A stretch of DNA of 64,000 nucleotides from Clostridiaceae bacterium (lineage in GTDB: Bacteria; Bacillota; Clostridia; DSM-8532): NCBI GenBank assembly GCA_012522505.1, contig JAAYKJ010000197.1:44-64043 (forward strand), read 5' to 3'. Positions 35,389 through 46,285 of the stretch are shown here, piece by piece. The notes beneath the pieces were generated by a model. The model did not search any database. It was not told the origin of the DNA and was given only the letters and a program-made list of their open reading frames with translations. Positions within the stretch are counted from its first letter, which is position 1, and each line of letters begins with the position of its first letter. The translations under genes and the position numbers were made by a program.

Positions 35389-36372
35389 CTATTTTGTAAA
35401 TATATCACGTTCGGTAAGCATATTTAACATTTCCTCTCCCGAACAGTAGCGGCGGACATTCTCAGCGATAATATCTAAGGATCTGGCAGTGCGGTCAGGC
35501 ATCGGCGGTGTGAAATGTGGAGTAATCAATACATTGGGCGTATCCCAGATTGGGCTCTCTGCCGGTAACGGCTCTTGCTCAAAAGTATCCAATCCAGCAC
35601 CCGCAATTTCTCCATCATTTAGTGCTTGAATCAAGGCTTTCTCGTCTACAATAGGACCACGTGCCATATTTATTAGAAAAGCGGTAGGCTTCATCATCTT
35701 CAGTTCTCGTTCTCCAATCATGTGATAGGTAACATCCGTGAGAGGCAGAGAGAGAACAATAAAATCACTTTCCTGTAAGAGTTTATCGGGCTTTTGACCT
35801 GCATCTTGACTATATAGCACGTCTACTCCCCCCGCAAACTTCACAGATTGCCTATTATAAGCTAAAACACGCATATTAAAAGCTTTGGCTCTAATCGCCA
35901 ACGCTCTTCCAGTATTCCCAAGTCCAACGATTCCTAATGTTTGGCCATGGATACTTCGAAGTTTTCCCTGGCCGGGTATTCCCCATTGGTGAGCCTGTTG
36001 CGCGGTATAAAAAGCAGGAAAGTTATATGCCAAAGCCAATATAAAGAATAATGCATGCTCGGCTAATGCTGGGGCGGAGCGACCTGCAGAACTCGTTACA
36101 ATTAAATTCTTTTTGAATACCTCAGGATGTGCCGATTTATTCAAACCAGCGTGATCGCAGTGAACCCATTTAAGCTTAGGTGCTTTCCAATAGCGCTCAT
36201 CCAAATCTCCCCCTAATACAGCTACATCTGCACGCTGTAATGCTAAGGTGATTCCTCTTTTGTCGTTTGCATTCAGATGTATGAATTCAGCCATTCCAAA
36301 CACTTTTCTTAATCTTTCCATGTGCTTCTGTTCATATGAAACAGTAGTCATCACTACACTAATTTCTCTCAT
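35389..36372 (-). CDS. D-isomer-specific 2-hydroxyacid dehydrogenase family protein
   Basis: NAD-binding GIVGLGNTGRALA, the catalytic region ...MARGPIVDE..., and ITPHFT near the C-terminus. Confidence 0.85.
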   Translation of the reverse strand: MREISVVMTTVSYEQKHMERLRKVFGMAEFIHLNANDKRGITLALQRADVAVLGGDLDERYWKAPKLKWVHCDHAGLNKSAHPEVFKKNLIVTSSAGRSAPALAEHALFFILALAYNFPAFYTAQQAHQWGIPGQGKLRSIHGQTLGIVGLGNTGRALAIRAKAFNMRVLAYNRQSVKFAGGVDVLYSQDAGQKPDKLLQESDFIVLSLPLTDVTYHMIGERELKMMKPTAFLINMARGPIVDEKALIQALNDGEIAGAGLDTFEQEPLPAESPIWDTPNVLITPHFTPPMPDRTARSLDIIAENVRRYCSGEEMLNMLTERDIFTK

Positions 36373-36493
36373 TATTTCTCCCCTACTCTATCTTTTTTAC
36401 TGATTCTTTCATTCCATCTCCTCAAAACACAAGCAAATCACGCCCTCAACTTTCTATATCTCCCGTTCAGGTTGTTTGCAGATGATGCCCTAT

Positions 36494-38875
36494 TTATCCC
36501 TCGTTCTGAATAAAATGAAGTTCACGATAGTGCCCAGGAGTAACCCCCTGTAGTTGCTTGAAAACTCTGATTAGTGTCTTATCAGAAGCATAGCCTACAC
36601 GTTTCGCAATTTCAGTTTGATGTAACGATGATTGCTTCAAAAGCGTGCATGCATCTTCTATTCTCATTTTTTGTATATAATCAGTCATATTTATGCCCAT
36701 ACGCTGCTTGAAGAAGCTTGACAGAAAAGATTGGGACAGGTTAAAGCGTTCTGCTACCATGTTCTGAGAAAAACAAACATCAGAATAATTCTCGTTAATA
36801 AACGTTAAGATTTGATCCATCAATACTTTATCATTCCTATCCTTTTTCCCATTTACATAGCAACACACATCCTTATAAATACCTAGAATTACCTTTCTCA
36901 TATCATGAATAGTCTTACAATCAGATAACTTCTCTATCGGATTGCATTCATCACCAAATATTTCTGCGGGCGGTGCATTAATACTATCTAAAACTTTTAA
37001 TCCTGTGGACATGATGTCAAAGAATAGACATCTTGTGATAAGAATATCAGGGTTAGTATCTTCAAAATTCTTTCTAAAAATATCTTCAACTATAACACTG
37101 CACCGTTCAAAATCGCCATTCCTAACACAATTGATAAGCTTTAGTTCTGACTCGATAGGATAAAAGTAATTCTTCTGTTGGTTCTGAATCTCTCTATACT
37201 GTATTACTGCTCCATATCCTCGAACAATGCGGTAATCAGCTGCACGAATGGATTGAACGTAGCAATGGTGAATGTCGTGGATGCTATCGCGCATTTCACT
37301 TATGCCGATTGTCACACTCAGCTCAAAGTTTTCAAAAATATAGTCTCCAATCTTCTTTGCCAGAACCTTCAAACTGGATAGTGATGTCTTGCTTTCTTCG
37401 TGGTAGTTAACCAGTAAAACAAATTCCTTTCTGTCCGTGTTTATACAATAAACAACCGACTCCTTCTTATCAAAGACATCCTTTACTAAAGACTTAAGAA
37501 CAAACCCTATAATCTGCCTTTTCTTTTCCGTTTTATGTTCCTTTTGATTCTCTATCTCATCAAATACAATAAGCATTGTTGTAAAAAATGGGTGCGGAAA
37601 TTCAATATTATAATCACTGTATAGATGGTGGGCATTGGTATATTCATTTAAATTTCCTTCAATAATACGCATTAAGAGGCTATTCTGTACCATAGCATAA
37701 TTATTGGCGATCTGCTGGGAGTATTGTTTGTTCTCTAGCAGAAGTTTCTCATACTCTTTCTTCAAAGACAGATTTCTTTGGAATGAATCTGTCACCATCC
37801 TGCATATGTATCCCAACTCATCTTCATTTTTGGATTTTTCTTTACCAGAAAATACATTAATCGAATCAATCATTTTATTAATTCCATCAGATATCTTTGA
37901 ACTTCTAATGAATGTTATACTCATCCCAAAAAATAATGTAAACAGAGTTGCGAAAAAGGTAATATTTCTTATTCGTATAACTTTATGCTGGAATTTCTTT
38001 TCGGATTCTGAATAATAATACCTAAAATTGCCTGATTTTCCTGTCACATTCGTTAGTAAATATTTTTCATTGTTTACTGTAACTGTTTGTCTGCCCGTAT
38101 TACTTAATAAAGATGGACCAAGGTGTGTATACACGTCTTGCTCCCACCCATTACTTGCTAAAACCTCACCTTCCATACTAAGTATAGCAACCTGACCTTC
38201 ATCAATGTTTTTCGTCAGCATTTCCAACAATTTTTTTCTATCAATCTGAATAACCAACGTTCCTTTTCCACTGGTCCACACATTTAAGGACTGCAGCAGC
38301 AAAATATATTCTTTTTCAAATACATCTTTTTTAATTACTTCATTCAGCTCATAATCATAAGCCATGATATAGTTTTCGGTATGAAACTGCCTCATTTCAT
38401 CAATGGAAGAGAAGTGTAAATAATTACATACGTTATTAAAGAAAAATTCCTCGTCATATCCAGCTTTTGGTGAAATAATATAGCCTGATAGAGGATAATA
38501 AATATATAAATCATCAATAATATTATCATCGCCAGATCGGTATGCCTTCAAGGAACGGATAACCTCTAACCTATCATAGCGTGTTTTCGAGGTAAAAGGT
38601 TTTTGCACTTTACAAAAAGCTTGAATATCATAATTCATGATAATCTGCTGAACTAATTCTTCTATTTTTGAGAATTGATTATCAACTTCGTTTGCCACAT
38701 TCTGCAACATCATTGTTTTCAAACGGCTTGTTTCTTCTCTCAATAATTTTGTTGCAAAGGTACATACTATAGCTGAAATAAAAACGGGTATCATTATGAC
38801 AAGTATGTAAAACACTAAGAACATTCTGGCATTCTTAATCAGTCTTTTATTCATCTTTAGAATCCGCATTTTCAC
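36494..38875 (-). CDS. membrane-anchored sensor fused to an AraC-family HTH (one-component sugar regulator)
   Basis: 793 aa with two TM helices flanking a ~280-aa extracytoplasmic region and a C-terminal AraC HTH (FSQNMVAERFNLSQSFLSSFFKQRMG...AKRVGYASDKTLIRVFKQLQGVTPGHYR). Confidence 0.8.
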   Translation of the reverse strand: MKMRILKMNKRLIKNARMFLVFYILVIMIPVFISAIVCTFATKLLREETSRLKTMMLQNVANEVDNQFSKIEELVQQIIMNYDIQAFCKVQKPFTSKTRYDRLEVIRSLKAYRSGDDNIIDDLYIYYPLSGYIISPKAGYDEEFFFNNVCNYLHFSSIDEMRQFHTENYIMAYDYELNEVIKKDVFEKEYILLLQSLNVWTSGKGTLVIQIDRKKLLEMLTKNIDEGQVAILSMEGEVLASNGWEQDVYTHLGPSLLSNTGRQTVTVNNEKYLLTNVTGKSGNFRYYYSESEKKFQHKVIRIRNITFFATLFTLFFGMSITFIRSSKISDGINKMIDSINVFSGKEKSKNEDELGYICRMVTDSFQRNLSLKKEYEKLLLENKQYSQQIANNYAMVQNSLLMRIIEGNLNEYTNAHHLYSDYNIEFPHPFFTTMLIVFDEIENQKEHKTEKKRQIIGFVLKSLVKDVFDKKESVVYCINTDRKEFVLLVNYHEESKTSLSSLKVLAKKIGDYIFENFELSVTIGISEMRDSIHDIHHCYVQSIRAADYRIVRGYGAVIQYREIQNQQKNYFYPIESELKLINCVRNGDFERCSVIVEDIFRKNFEDTNPDILITRCLFFDIMSTGLKVLDSINAPPAEIFGDECNPIEKLSDCKTIHDMRKVILGIYKDVCCYVNGKKDRNDKVLMDQILTFINENYSDVCFSQNMVAERFNLSQSFLSSFFKQRMGINMTDYIQKMRIEDACTLLKQSSLHQTEIAKRVGYASDKTLIRVFKQLQGVTPGHYRELHFIQNEG

Positions 38876-39588
38876 AGTAAGCCCTCCACTTCAAACGCTA
38901 CTGTAATAAATTCACTTGTCATACAAACTACCTGATTACGTAATCCACACTTTATATCGTTTTTATAAGATACTTTGGACAAACCTTAACAAGTGTCAAA
39001 CGCTTGCAAAAAGGCGCATTTGTTTGCGGTATTGTTTTTGATAGCATTTTTAAGCTCATCAGAACACATAAACGGTAATAAGCAATTTGCCTGCAATGTT
39101 TTTTATATGCCAATTATACCATAAAACTCGTATAGACTCTATCACAGAAGATATCTGATGAAGAATTTCTTCTCCATTTCGTCTCGAACCGCTACACTCA
39201 AACACTTCCTTTCTTCCAAGCCTTTCCTTACCTGGACTGTCAATCAGATTAGGGTTGTTCACTTATGTCAAGAACCAACGTCATAGTTCTCCGCCCTGGT
39301 AGTTATGGAAAACACTCGTGTTCTGAAACTCTAGTATTTATTTTTGTTTTATGTAGAATATAGGGTTCTGCTTATCCCTGTCGTCTTACAAAACTCTTGT
39401 AATGGTCACAGATCAGAGGTGGCTCCATCCACATCGAATGTAACAATGCGAAATCCACCTCTGACCTGTTGTGGATAAAGAACAAGGCCTCTGGGGTTAT
39501 ATGAAAGTCTTGGGAAATATGATCTGTATTGTCGAAGTAGTATTGGTATAAAGCTATCCCAAAACTTCTCTATATAACCTGCTACTTA

Positions 39589-41268
39589 TTAGCGTTCAGC
39601 ATAGCGCTCAAGGGCTCTATCATATATCTCTAAAAGACGTTCAATGTCCATGCCCTTAATTGTATTCTGAAAGGTGTCAAATTCAGCATCAATATCCCTG
39701 ATTCCCAGAATAAATTGTAAGGTCATTTCATCCACATAAGTTATAACTTCGTTTTGTATGTCTGCTGCTTCCATACTTTCATCTGAACTAATTGACACAA
39801 ACGGCATCATACCACTGACATCCGCCTTCTTCCACATGGAACCTGCTTCAACGTGCTGATCCCACTTAAGCATACGTTGATTACGGCAATGCCTGTCATG
39901 GAAAAATGGGCCGTCTGAACATCCCAATGTGTACTTACCGAGTGCAACGGATACCGGCAGATCCGGGTTGTTGGCGATTTCTTCAACATACTTTGGATAC
40001 CCATCTATCCAATTAAATGTAACACCTTCTTGGCCAAAGTTAACAATTTCATGTCCTTCAGGAGTGTACCAATAATTTAGCCATTTTGCACAAAGTTCAG
40101 GGTACTTGGTGTTTGTTGTAATCGCTGTACCAATATCACCAAACTCAGACGGAGTTCCATCGAAGAACATCGGCGTATCGCTGTGTTCATTTAATGTCGG
40201 GTAATTAAATGCGGCGATAATATTTGGATCTCCACCAAGAGCCACGATAAATGCATCCATGCCTTGCCCTAGTCCTTCATACCAAAAAGCAACTGTTCCA
40301 TTCATCACTCCTGCTTGCCTTTGCTGTACATCCATGCTTATGAAATCCTGAGCAATATAGCCCTTTTCATACCACCTAGCCATCGTTTTTAGGTATTCCT
40401 TGTACTCTGGCTGTAGTGCCCCAAATGCTGCTTTCCCGTTTTTGTTCACATATAGGTGAGGTTCAAACCCCCATGCACCAGCGAAACCATATATTGTAAA
40501 ATCCTCTGATGGTAAACCTGCGATAAGGGGTATTTCGTTTGTAGGATCTCCATCGCCATCCAAATCCGTCTCCATTACAAGTTGAAGCGCATTTTCCCAC
40601 TCAGCTATTGTTTGGGGTGGAGCAATTTTTAGTTTTTCTAACCAGTCAGCTCTGCCCTGATACCCCATGAAATTCTTCAAATCTTGGTCATATCGAATAT
40701 AAGGGTAGCAATAGTATATGCCTTCATCTGTTTTTATTTGTTTGTCAATACCAGGATGCTCATCTAAGAACTGACGCAAATGGGGAGAGTACTTCTCAAA
40801 GGATTCCTTTAAGTTCATAAACACTCCATTATCCACTAATTTTTGTGGACCCCCGGCTATCTTGCTCCAATCCCTCTTAAACATCATATCCGGGCGCTGA
40901 TTGGACGCAACAATCAGGTTAAACTGCTGGTCTTCCTGTCCAGCAAGAGGGTGCATAAACTCAATATGTACACCCGTGTTTTCTTCAAAGAGTTTAAACT
41001 GTAGTAACTCATTGTAATCATTTGTGTGTACGCCAATCTTTTTTATATCAACAGGTTGAAAATAAGTCAGTGTTATTTTTTCAGTAGTCAATGGTAATTT
41101 GTATTCTGTATCACTACTCTCACTACTGCTATCCGGTTGCTTCACTTCTTGGTTAACACTTCCTGATTGGTCATTTTGCATGTCCTTTTTGTCTGATACA
41201 TTACACCCCGTAGTTAATGCAACAAACAAAGCCAAGCAAAGAATGATAACGAAATATTTTTTCATCAA
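39589..41268 (-). CDS. ABC transporter extracellular solute-binding lipoprotein (LplA-like, large family 1 SBP)
   Basis: Lipobox LTTGC after the signal peptide; 559 aa; located next to two CUT1-type permeases. It ends with a TAATAA double stop. Confidence 0.85.
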   Translation of the reverse strand: MMKKYFVIILCLALFVALTTGCNVSDKKDMQNDQSGSVNQEVKQPDSSSESSDTEYKLPLTTEKITLTYFQPVDIKKIGVHTNDYNELLQFKLFEENTGVHIEFMHPLAGQEDQQFNLIVASNQRPDMMFKRDWSKIAGGPQKLVDNGVFMNLKESFEKYSPHLRQFLDEHPGIDKQIKTDEGIYYCYPYIRYDQDLKNFMGYQGRADWLEKLKIAPPQTIAEWENALQLVMETDLDGDGDPTNEIPLIAGLPSEDFTIYGFAGAWGFEPHLYVNKNGKAAFGALQPEYKEYLKTMARWYEKGYIAQDFISMDVQQRQAGVMNGTVAFWYEGLGQGMDAFIVALGGDPNIIAAFNYPTLNEHSDTPMFFDGTPSEFGDIGTAITTNTKYPELCAKWLNYWYTPEGHEIVNFGQEGVTFNWIDGYPKYVEEIANNPDLPVSVALGKYTLGCSDGPFFHDRHCRNQRMLKWDQHVEAGSMWKKADVSGMMPFVSISSDESMEAADIQNEVITYVDEMTLQFILGIRDIDAEFDTFQNTIKGMDIERLLEIYDRALERYAER

Positions 41269-41504
41269 TACGTCACTCCCTTTCTTTTTTGTCGCGATTA
41301 GAGAACGATTGCTAAGAATTTTTTATTAATAACATAGCTGTTCCCTTTTTTCAATAAATTGAAGGACTATACGCTTAGCACTTTTTCAATACGCTACACA
41401 TCCTTTCTTTTGTGTCATTATTAGCATTACTGTATACAGTAGTCATGATCTTTTTCCGTTGAAGTTAATAAATGTCATTATCCTTATGAATACTACAAAC
41501 ACTT

Positions 41505-43502
41505 TCATTGCCTAATCATAAATGCATCAAAGGCGCCCAAATCATCTACTTGAATCTTCAACATGCCATTACTAAATTCATATGGCACTTCCCTTCCATC
41601 AACCAGACTTACCACTTTTGAAGGAGCATCTGGATATGCGAATCTAACGTAGGCAGAGTTTATGTTTATTGGCTCATAAAATGTTGTACCAAAATGTCCC
41701 GACATATTTACAAGATGCAGTATGTCAAACCTCTGCTGCTTGCCTTTACACAATGTAATCTCTACCATAGGTGGCAGATCTGTATCTATAGGCTTAGTTC
41801 CAGCTACATTTTCCATTAAATCAACAATAAAATTCAACGTGTTAACATACCCTTCCCGGTAGAACAGCTTACCCGGCCACCAAGGTATATGAATCCCTTT
41901 ACCTTTGCCGTAGGTCTTCACTGTAAATCCCGGCAAATTGGTTACCTGTGTATAGTAGCACCTTTCAGGAGGCCCGTAGTCGTGTGGTGGGATCAGCTTC
42001 AGCCTCTGATTAGTACCCTCTTCATACTCTGCAAATATGTATTTGTCTCCAAAGTACAGGACATCTGTGTCTTCAAGGGACTGGAAGTGTATTTTATCGT
42101 CAAGTAACAGCATTGCAGATACCATGTCATCCCGTATAGTGTTAATTTTCGTTACTCCCATACATTTTAGTGGCATACCATTTCTAGGCTCATAATCTGA
42201 ATCATACAAGCCAGCTTCACCTGCTGAAATGACTGTACCGCCTTCTATGGCATACTCGTCAATCCGCTTAATATCGTCATCCGACAAGTACCGCACATCC
42301 GCTAGAATAATCGCCTTGTACTTACTGAGATCTACATTCTTAAAGCCTGTATTTACTACCTCGTCGAATAGAAAGTGTCTCTCGGTAAGGAAGCGTATCC
42401 AACCCCGAGCTTCGCTTATATTTACATCCCAGTCTTTTTCACGTACTATTAGAATATCAGCATGCAATGAGAGATTTTTGTAGGTTTGCTCGTTTGCGGC
42501 ATGATAAGAAAAAACTTTTTTAACATGTTTATAACCTGAGCGATCTTGATGATTGTCCAGCCGGCCGATAATATAGTAATCTAGTCCTCCACAATTTGCG
42601 AGATTCTGCCAAAGCCTCAGCTCTTGCTGAACCGGGTTTACTGCAACATGCCTATAGAAAAATCCGATAAAATCAACCGTGGAGTTGCTGCTTATTATAC
42701 CCGGATATGTACAAATCGCAGACCTTGTATTGGATGAAGCACTATATTGCCAATGAGGCAAAGGACGGCCATATTCAGTATTTGACTCCTGACGAAAAAT
42801 GTCTACACCGTTAATTGCTAAATCCGGGCGCACTGCTTTCAGAGCATTCGCTATCTTCCCTGAATATACTTTCATTGTTTCTCTTTGGAAAACCTTATAC
42901 TTTCGATATGTCGGATCATTCAAGTTTTCAGCTTTCGGTAAATCTAATCCATACCACTCTCTAAACAACCTCTTACAATTGTCACAATGGCATATTCCAT
43001 AATAATTGTAGCTGTAATCATTTACGCGATAGCCACCCATATTTATGAATATCCCATCTACCGGTAACTTAGTCACTGCCTCAAGCATAATATCCAATGC
43101 ATGTTTTTGTTGATACTCACCATTGATACAAGCGTGAACATCCCCGTTGTAATCAATAATCTTTCCATCAGGAGATATGTATGCCCAGTGGGGATTTTGC
43201 TCATATAAAGGCCTTCGTATCTTTGAAAAATCTGTACGAGCTATAACTTTAATACCTTCACTGTGGCAGGCATCAATAATGTTTTCAATTGAATCTCCTG
43301 CTAAATACGGACTTTGGTAGTGGCTGGGAAGTTCAGTCTTATAACTGGATATGATACCCGCTGTATTCAGCATAACCACCGTAGCTTTAAATTCTTTCAG
43401 TTGCCTTACATACTCCTTTGCACTAATATCCTGCATGTCAATTTCCCGCAGATTCGTTTGTATTAACCTCCACGGATGAGTCTTCCACCAGCGCTCGCTC
43501 AT
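41505..43502 (-). CDS. putative glycoside hydrolase (GHL6-like TIM barrel plus GH42-type trimerisation-like domain)
   Basis: The N-terminus WWKTHPWRLIQTNLREIDMQDI...VVMLNTAGIISSYKTELPSHYQSPYL...GIKVIARTDFSK...PVDGIFINMGGY resembles the hypothetical glycosyl hydrolase 6 family. The assignment is from memory of the family pattern only. Confidence 0.5.
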   Translation of the reverse strand: MSERWWKTHPWRLIQTNLREIDMQDISAKEYVRQLKEFKATVVMLNTAGIISSYKTELPSHYQSPYLAGDSIENIIDACHSEGIKVIARTDFSKIRRPLYEQNPHWAYISPDGKIIDYNGDVHACINGEYQQKHALDIMLEAVTKLPVDGIFINMGGYRVNDYSYNYYGICHCDNCKRLFREWYGLDLPKAENLNDPTYRKYKVFQRETMKVYSGKIANALKAVRPDLAINGVDIFRQESNTEYGRPLPHWQYSASSNTRSAICTYPGIISSNSTVDFIGFFYRHVAVNPVQQELRLWQNLANCGGLDYYIIGRLDNHQDRSGYKHVKKVFSYHAANEQTYKNLSLHADILIVREKDWDVNISEARGWIRFLTERHFLFDEVVNTGFKNVDLSKYKAIILADVRYLSDDDIKRIDEYAIEGGTVISAGEAGLYDSDYEPRNGMPLKCMGVTKINTIRDDMVSAMLLLDDKIHFQSLEDTDVLYFGDKYIFAEYEEGTNQRLKLIPPHDYGPPERCYYTQVTNLPGFTVKTYGKGKGIHIPWWPGKLFYREGYVNTLNFIVDLMENVAGTKPIDTDLPPMVEITLCKGKQQRFDILHLVNMSGHFGTTFYEPININSAYVRFAYPDAPSKVVSLVDGREVPYEFSNGMLKIQVDDLGAFDAFMIRQ

Positions 43503-43576
43503 TTGAACCTCCTTAATTAGTTATATATTAGTTCACTCAGTGATTGAATCACTGTTCGACCCCTTAACAGATAAGT

Positions 43577-44464
43577 TTAGCCCTTAATAGCTCCAATCAT
43601 TACACCCTTTATAAAATACTTCTGTAAAAACGGATATGCACAGAGTATTGGTACCGTGGAAATTATAATTGTGGCATATTTTATGGTTGCTGCAATAGTT
43701 TGCTTATCATCCATACTAACAAAGGATTCCGTCATATATCTTGTATCATTCGCAACAAGTATTTCCCTCATAACGAGCTGTAGCGGATATAAAACTCTTG
43801 TGCGCAAGAAAACCATCGAATAAAACCATGCGTTCCAATGGTAAACGCCATAGAAAAGTATCATAACTGCAATGATTGCTTTTGATACCGGAACTGCTAT
43901 TTTCCATAGTACTTTGAAGTGAGATGCTCCATCGATGCGTGCGGATTCAATAAGGCTATCCGGTATAGCTGCAAATCCCGTCCGCATAATGATTAAGTTC
44001 CATGGCTGCACTGCTTTCCATATGATCAAAATCCAACGATTATCCACCATCCCCATTCTTTCCACAAGTAAATAGGTTGGAATTAAACCGCCCCTAAAAA
44101 ACATTGTAAACGTAATGATCATCATTATATAACCACTAAACATAAGGTTTTTTCGAGACAAGCCATATGCGGCCAATGTAGTAAGAAGAACATTAACGGC
44201 AGTTCCTACGAACACATAGAACAAAGTGTTCGTATATCCCACAGGGATCATAGGATATGCAAATACATGCTTGTATGACTCTAATGAAAAACCTTTTGGC
44301 CAAAATAACATCCCTGTATGTTTCATCATGCTCACTGGATCACTTATAGAAGCAACTAATACATAATATATTGGATATAATGTAATCAGTATAATCAGGC
44401 TGAGAAATATAGTATTCGATATATCAAATAGCCTTCCTCCACTTGCTCTCACGCGGGTATTCAT
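43577..44464 (-). CDS. carbohydrate ABC transporter permease (LplC-like)
   Basis: 295 aa, 6 TM, with the EAA-type loop SLIESARIDGASHFKVLWKIAVPV. Confidence 0.9.
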   Translation of the reverse strand: MNTRVRASGGRLFDISNTIFLSLIILITLYPIYYVLVASISDPVSMMKHTGMLFWPKGFSLESYKHVFAYPMIPVGYTNTLFYVFVGTAVNVLLTTLAAYGLSRKNLMFSGYIMMIITFTMFFRGGLIPTYLLVERMGMVDNRWILIIWKAVQPWNLIIMRTGFAAIPDSLIESARIDGASHFKVLWKIAVPVSKAIIAVMILFYGVYHWNAWFYSMVFLRTRVLYPLQLVMREILVANDTRYMTESFVSMDDKQTIAATIKYATIIISTVPILCAYPFLQKYFIKGVMIGAIKG

Positions 44465-44479
44465 AACGACTCCTCCTCA

Positions 44480-45436
44480 TTACCACAAGCTGGTCTCGCT
44501 AACTTTTCTACTTATTTTGTTAACCGCTACTAGTATCACGAAATTAATCAATGAATTAAAGAATTCGACAGCTGTACTATATGAAAAATTTGCTTCCAGT
44601 AGTCCCTTACGATATACAAAAGTTGAAATAACATCCGCAGTTTCATATATGGAGGGATTATATAACAATAATATCTTTTCATAGCCAACATCCATCATCC
44701 GACCCATTCGAAGTATTAACATGATAATAATAGTAGGAGCAATTCCCGGTAAAGTTATGCTTACTGCTTGCCTAAGCCTTCCTGCACCGTCAATTTTTGC
44801 CGCTTCATACAATTCTGGTGATATGTTTGTTAATGCTGCAAGATATATTATTGAATTCCACCCTGTTTCTTGCCATATATTTGATGCTACATATATAGGT
44901 CTAAAATATTCAGGATACGCTAAGAATTGAATAGGCCCTATACCAAAAAATCCAATAATTTTGTTAATCATTCCCTGAGGAGATGTAAAATCTATAATCA
45001 TACCACATATAACGATAAGAGAAATAAAATGTGGAATATACGTAATTGTCTGTACAGTTTTCTTAAACACCTTATTGCGTAATTCATAAATAAGCAAGGC
45101 AAAAATAATCGGCGCTGGAAATCCAAATAATATATCATAAACATTCAGTAATACTGTATTTCTGATTAACCTTTCGAAATAATAGGATTTAAAAAATGTG
45201 GTGAAATTCTTCAGACCTACCCACTCACTTGTCCATATTCCATCTCCTATTGTATATTTTCTAAAGGCTATTTGCGCACCATACATTGGAAAGTAATGAA
45301 ATATAATAAAGTATACCAGAGCGGGTAGAATCATTAAATATATGGGATAATGCTTCTTGATATCATATGCCGCACGATATCCCCATCGCAACTTTTTTTG
45401 AGTTTCATTGGGCCGCTTAATAGTTCCTATTTTCAT
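44480..45436 (-). CDS. carbohydrate ABC transporter permease (LplB-like)
   Basis: 318 aa with the loop ELYEAAKIDGAGRLRQAVSITLPGI. Confidence 0.9.
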   Translation of the reverse strand: MKIGTIKRPNETQKKLRWGYRAAYDIKKHYPIYLMILPALVYFIIFHYFPMYGAQIAFRKYTIGDGIWTSEWVGLKNFTTFFKSYYFERLIRNTVLLNVYDILFGFPAPIIFALLIYELRNKVFKKTVQTITYIPHFISLIVICGMIIDFTSPQGMINKIIGFFGIGPIQFLAYPEYFRPIYVASNIWQETGWNSIIYLAALTNISPELYEAAKIDGAGRLRQAVSITLPGIAPTIIIMLILRMGRMMDVGYEKILLLYNPSIYETADVISTFVYRKGLLEANFSYSTAVEFFNSLINFVILVAVNKISRKVSETSLW

Positions 45437-45831
45437 AGAATCTACCTCTCTTTTAATTTCGCAAGATTCATGTTTTACCTAAAAAGAAATTGTATAAAGA
45501 TTATTGTTTTTATGAAATAATATTACCACCGTCTCAGAAATGCAGTCAATTCTCACTATTTTATGTGACTCTCATTATTTATTTTTATGCAATATACATA
45601 TATTCAGATATGTTTGCACCAGGAGTGACTAGTTATTTTTAGTTCTCATATTTTCAGCATCGGTGCTTCAGATTCCAAGTCTGTTCTAATTTGATGTTCC
45701 ATTATGATATCATCCCCTTGAAAGTTCAAACCTATTTGCTTAGATTTTTCTGCATTTCATTGATTTTCCATAATACGCAATATGTCTTCATAATAAACCC
45801 TTTCTTTTGCTATATTATATCAAATACTATG

Positions 45832-45860
45832 TTGCATTATATAATAGCTTGTATTATAAT
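45832..45860 (+). promoter_or_regulatory. sigma-A promoter candidate for the padR operon (TTGCAT-17-TATAAT)
   Basis: Near-consensus hexamers about 100 nt upstream of padR. Confidence 0.45.
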
Positions 45861-45963
45861 ATAGGCATCTGATTGAATCTTACTGCTTATCTACTTTTTG
45901 AATGGTAATCACAGGGCTCATTCTTGTATGCGCTCAGACAGAAAGGAGTTGAATGGCTGACAT

Positions 45964-46269
45964 ATGAATGCACAATTTAAAAAAGGAGCACTGGAATTAT
46001 GTGTCCTTTCGAAACTGGCGGAAAAAGACTGTTACGGATATGAGCTAACAGACACAATCTCGCAAAAGATGGTCATCGCAACAGGAACATTATATCTTAT
46101 CCTAAGGAGGCTGAAAGATGACGCATATGTGGAGACATATTTGGTAGAATCCGAAGAAGGGCCTGCCCGGAAATATTATCACTTAACTGAAAAAGGCAGG
46201 CAATATCAAAGAGAACTGAAAGATGAATGGCTGGCTTTTGTAAAAACCGTACAGGAGATTATCGATTAA
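45964..46269 (+). CDS. PadR family transcriptional regulator
   Basis: Contains FKKGALELCVLSKLAEKDCYGYEL...GTLYLILRRLKDDAYVE...ARKYYHLTEKG, the canonical PadR wHTH. Confidence 0.9.
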   Translation: MNAQFKKGALELCVLSKLAEKDCYGYELTDTISQKMVIATGTLYLILRRLKDDAYVETYLVESEEGPARKYYHLTEKGRQYQRELKDEWLAFVKTVQEIID

Positions 46270-46285
46270 TTTTGGGAGGATGCAT

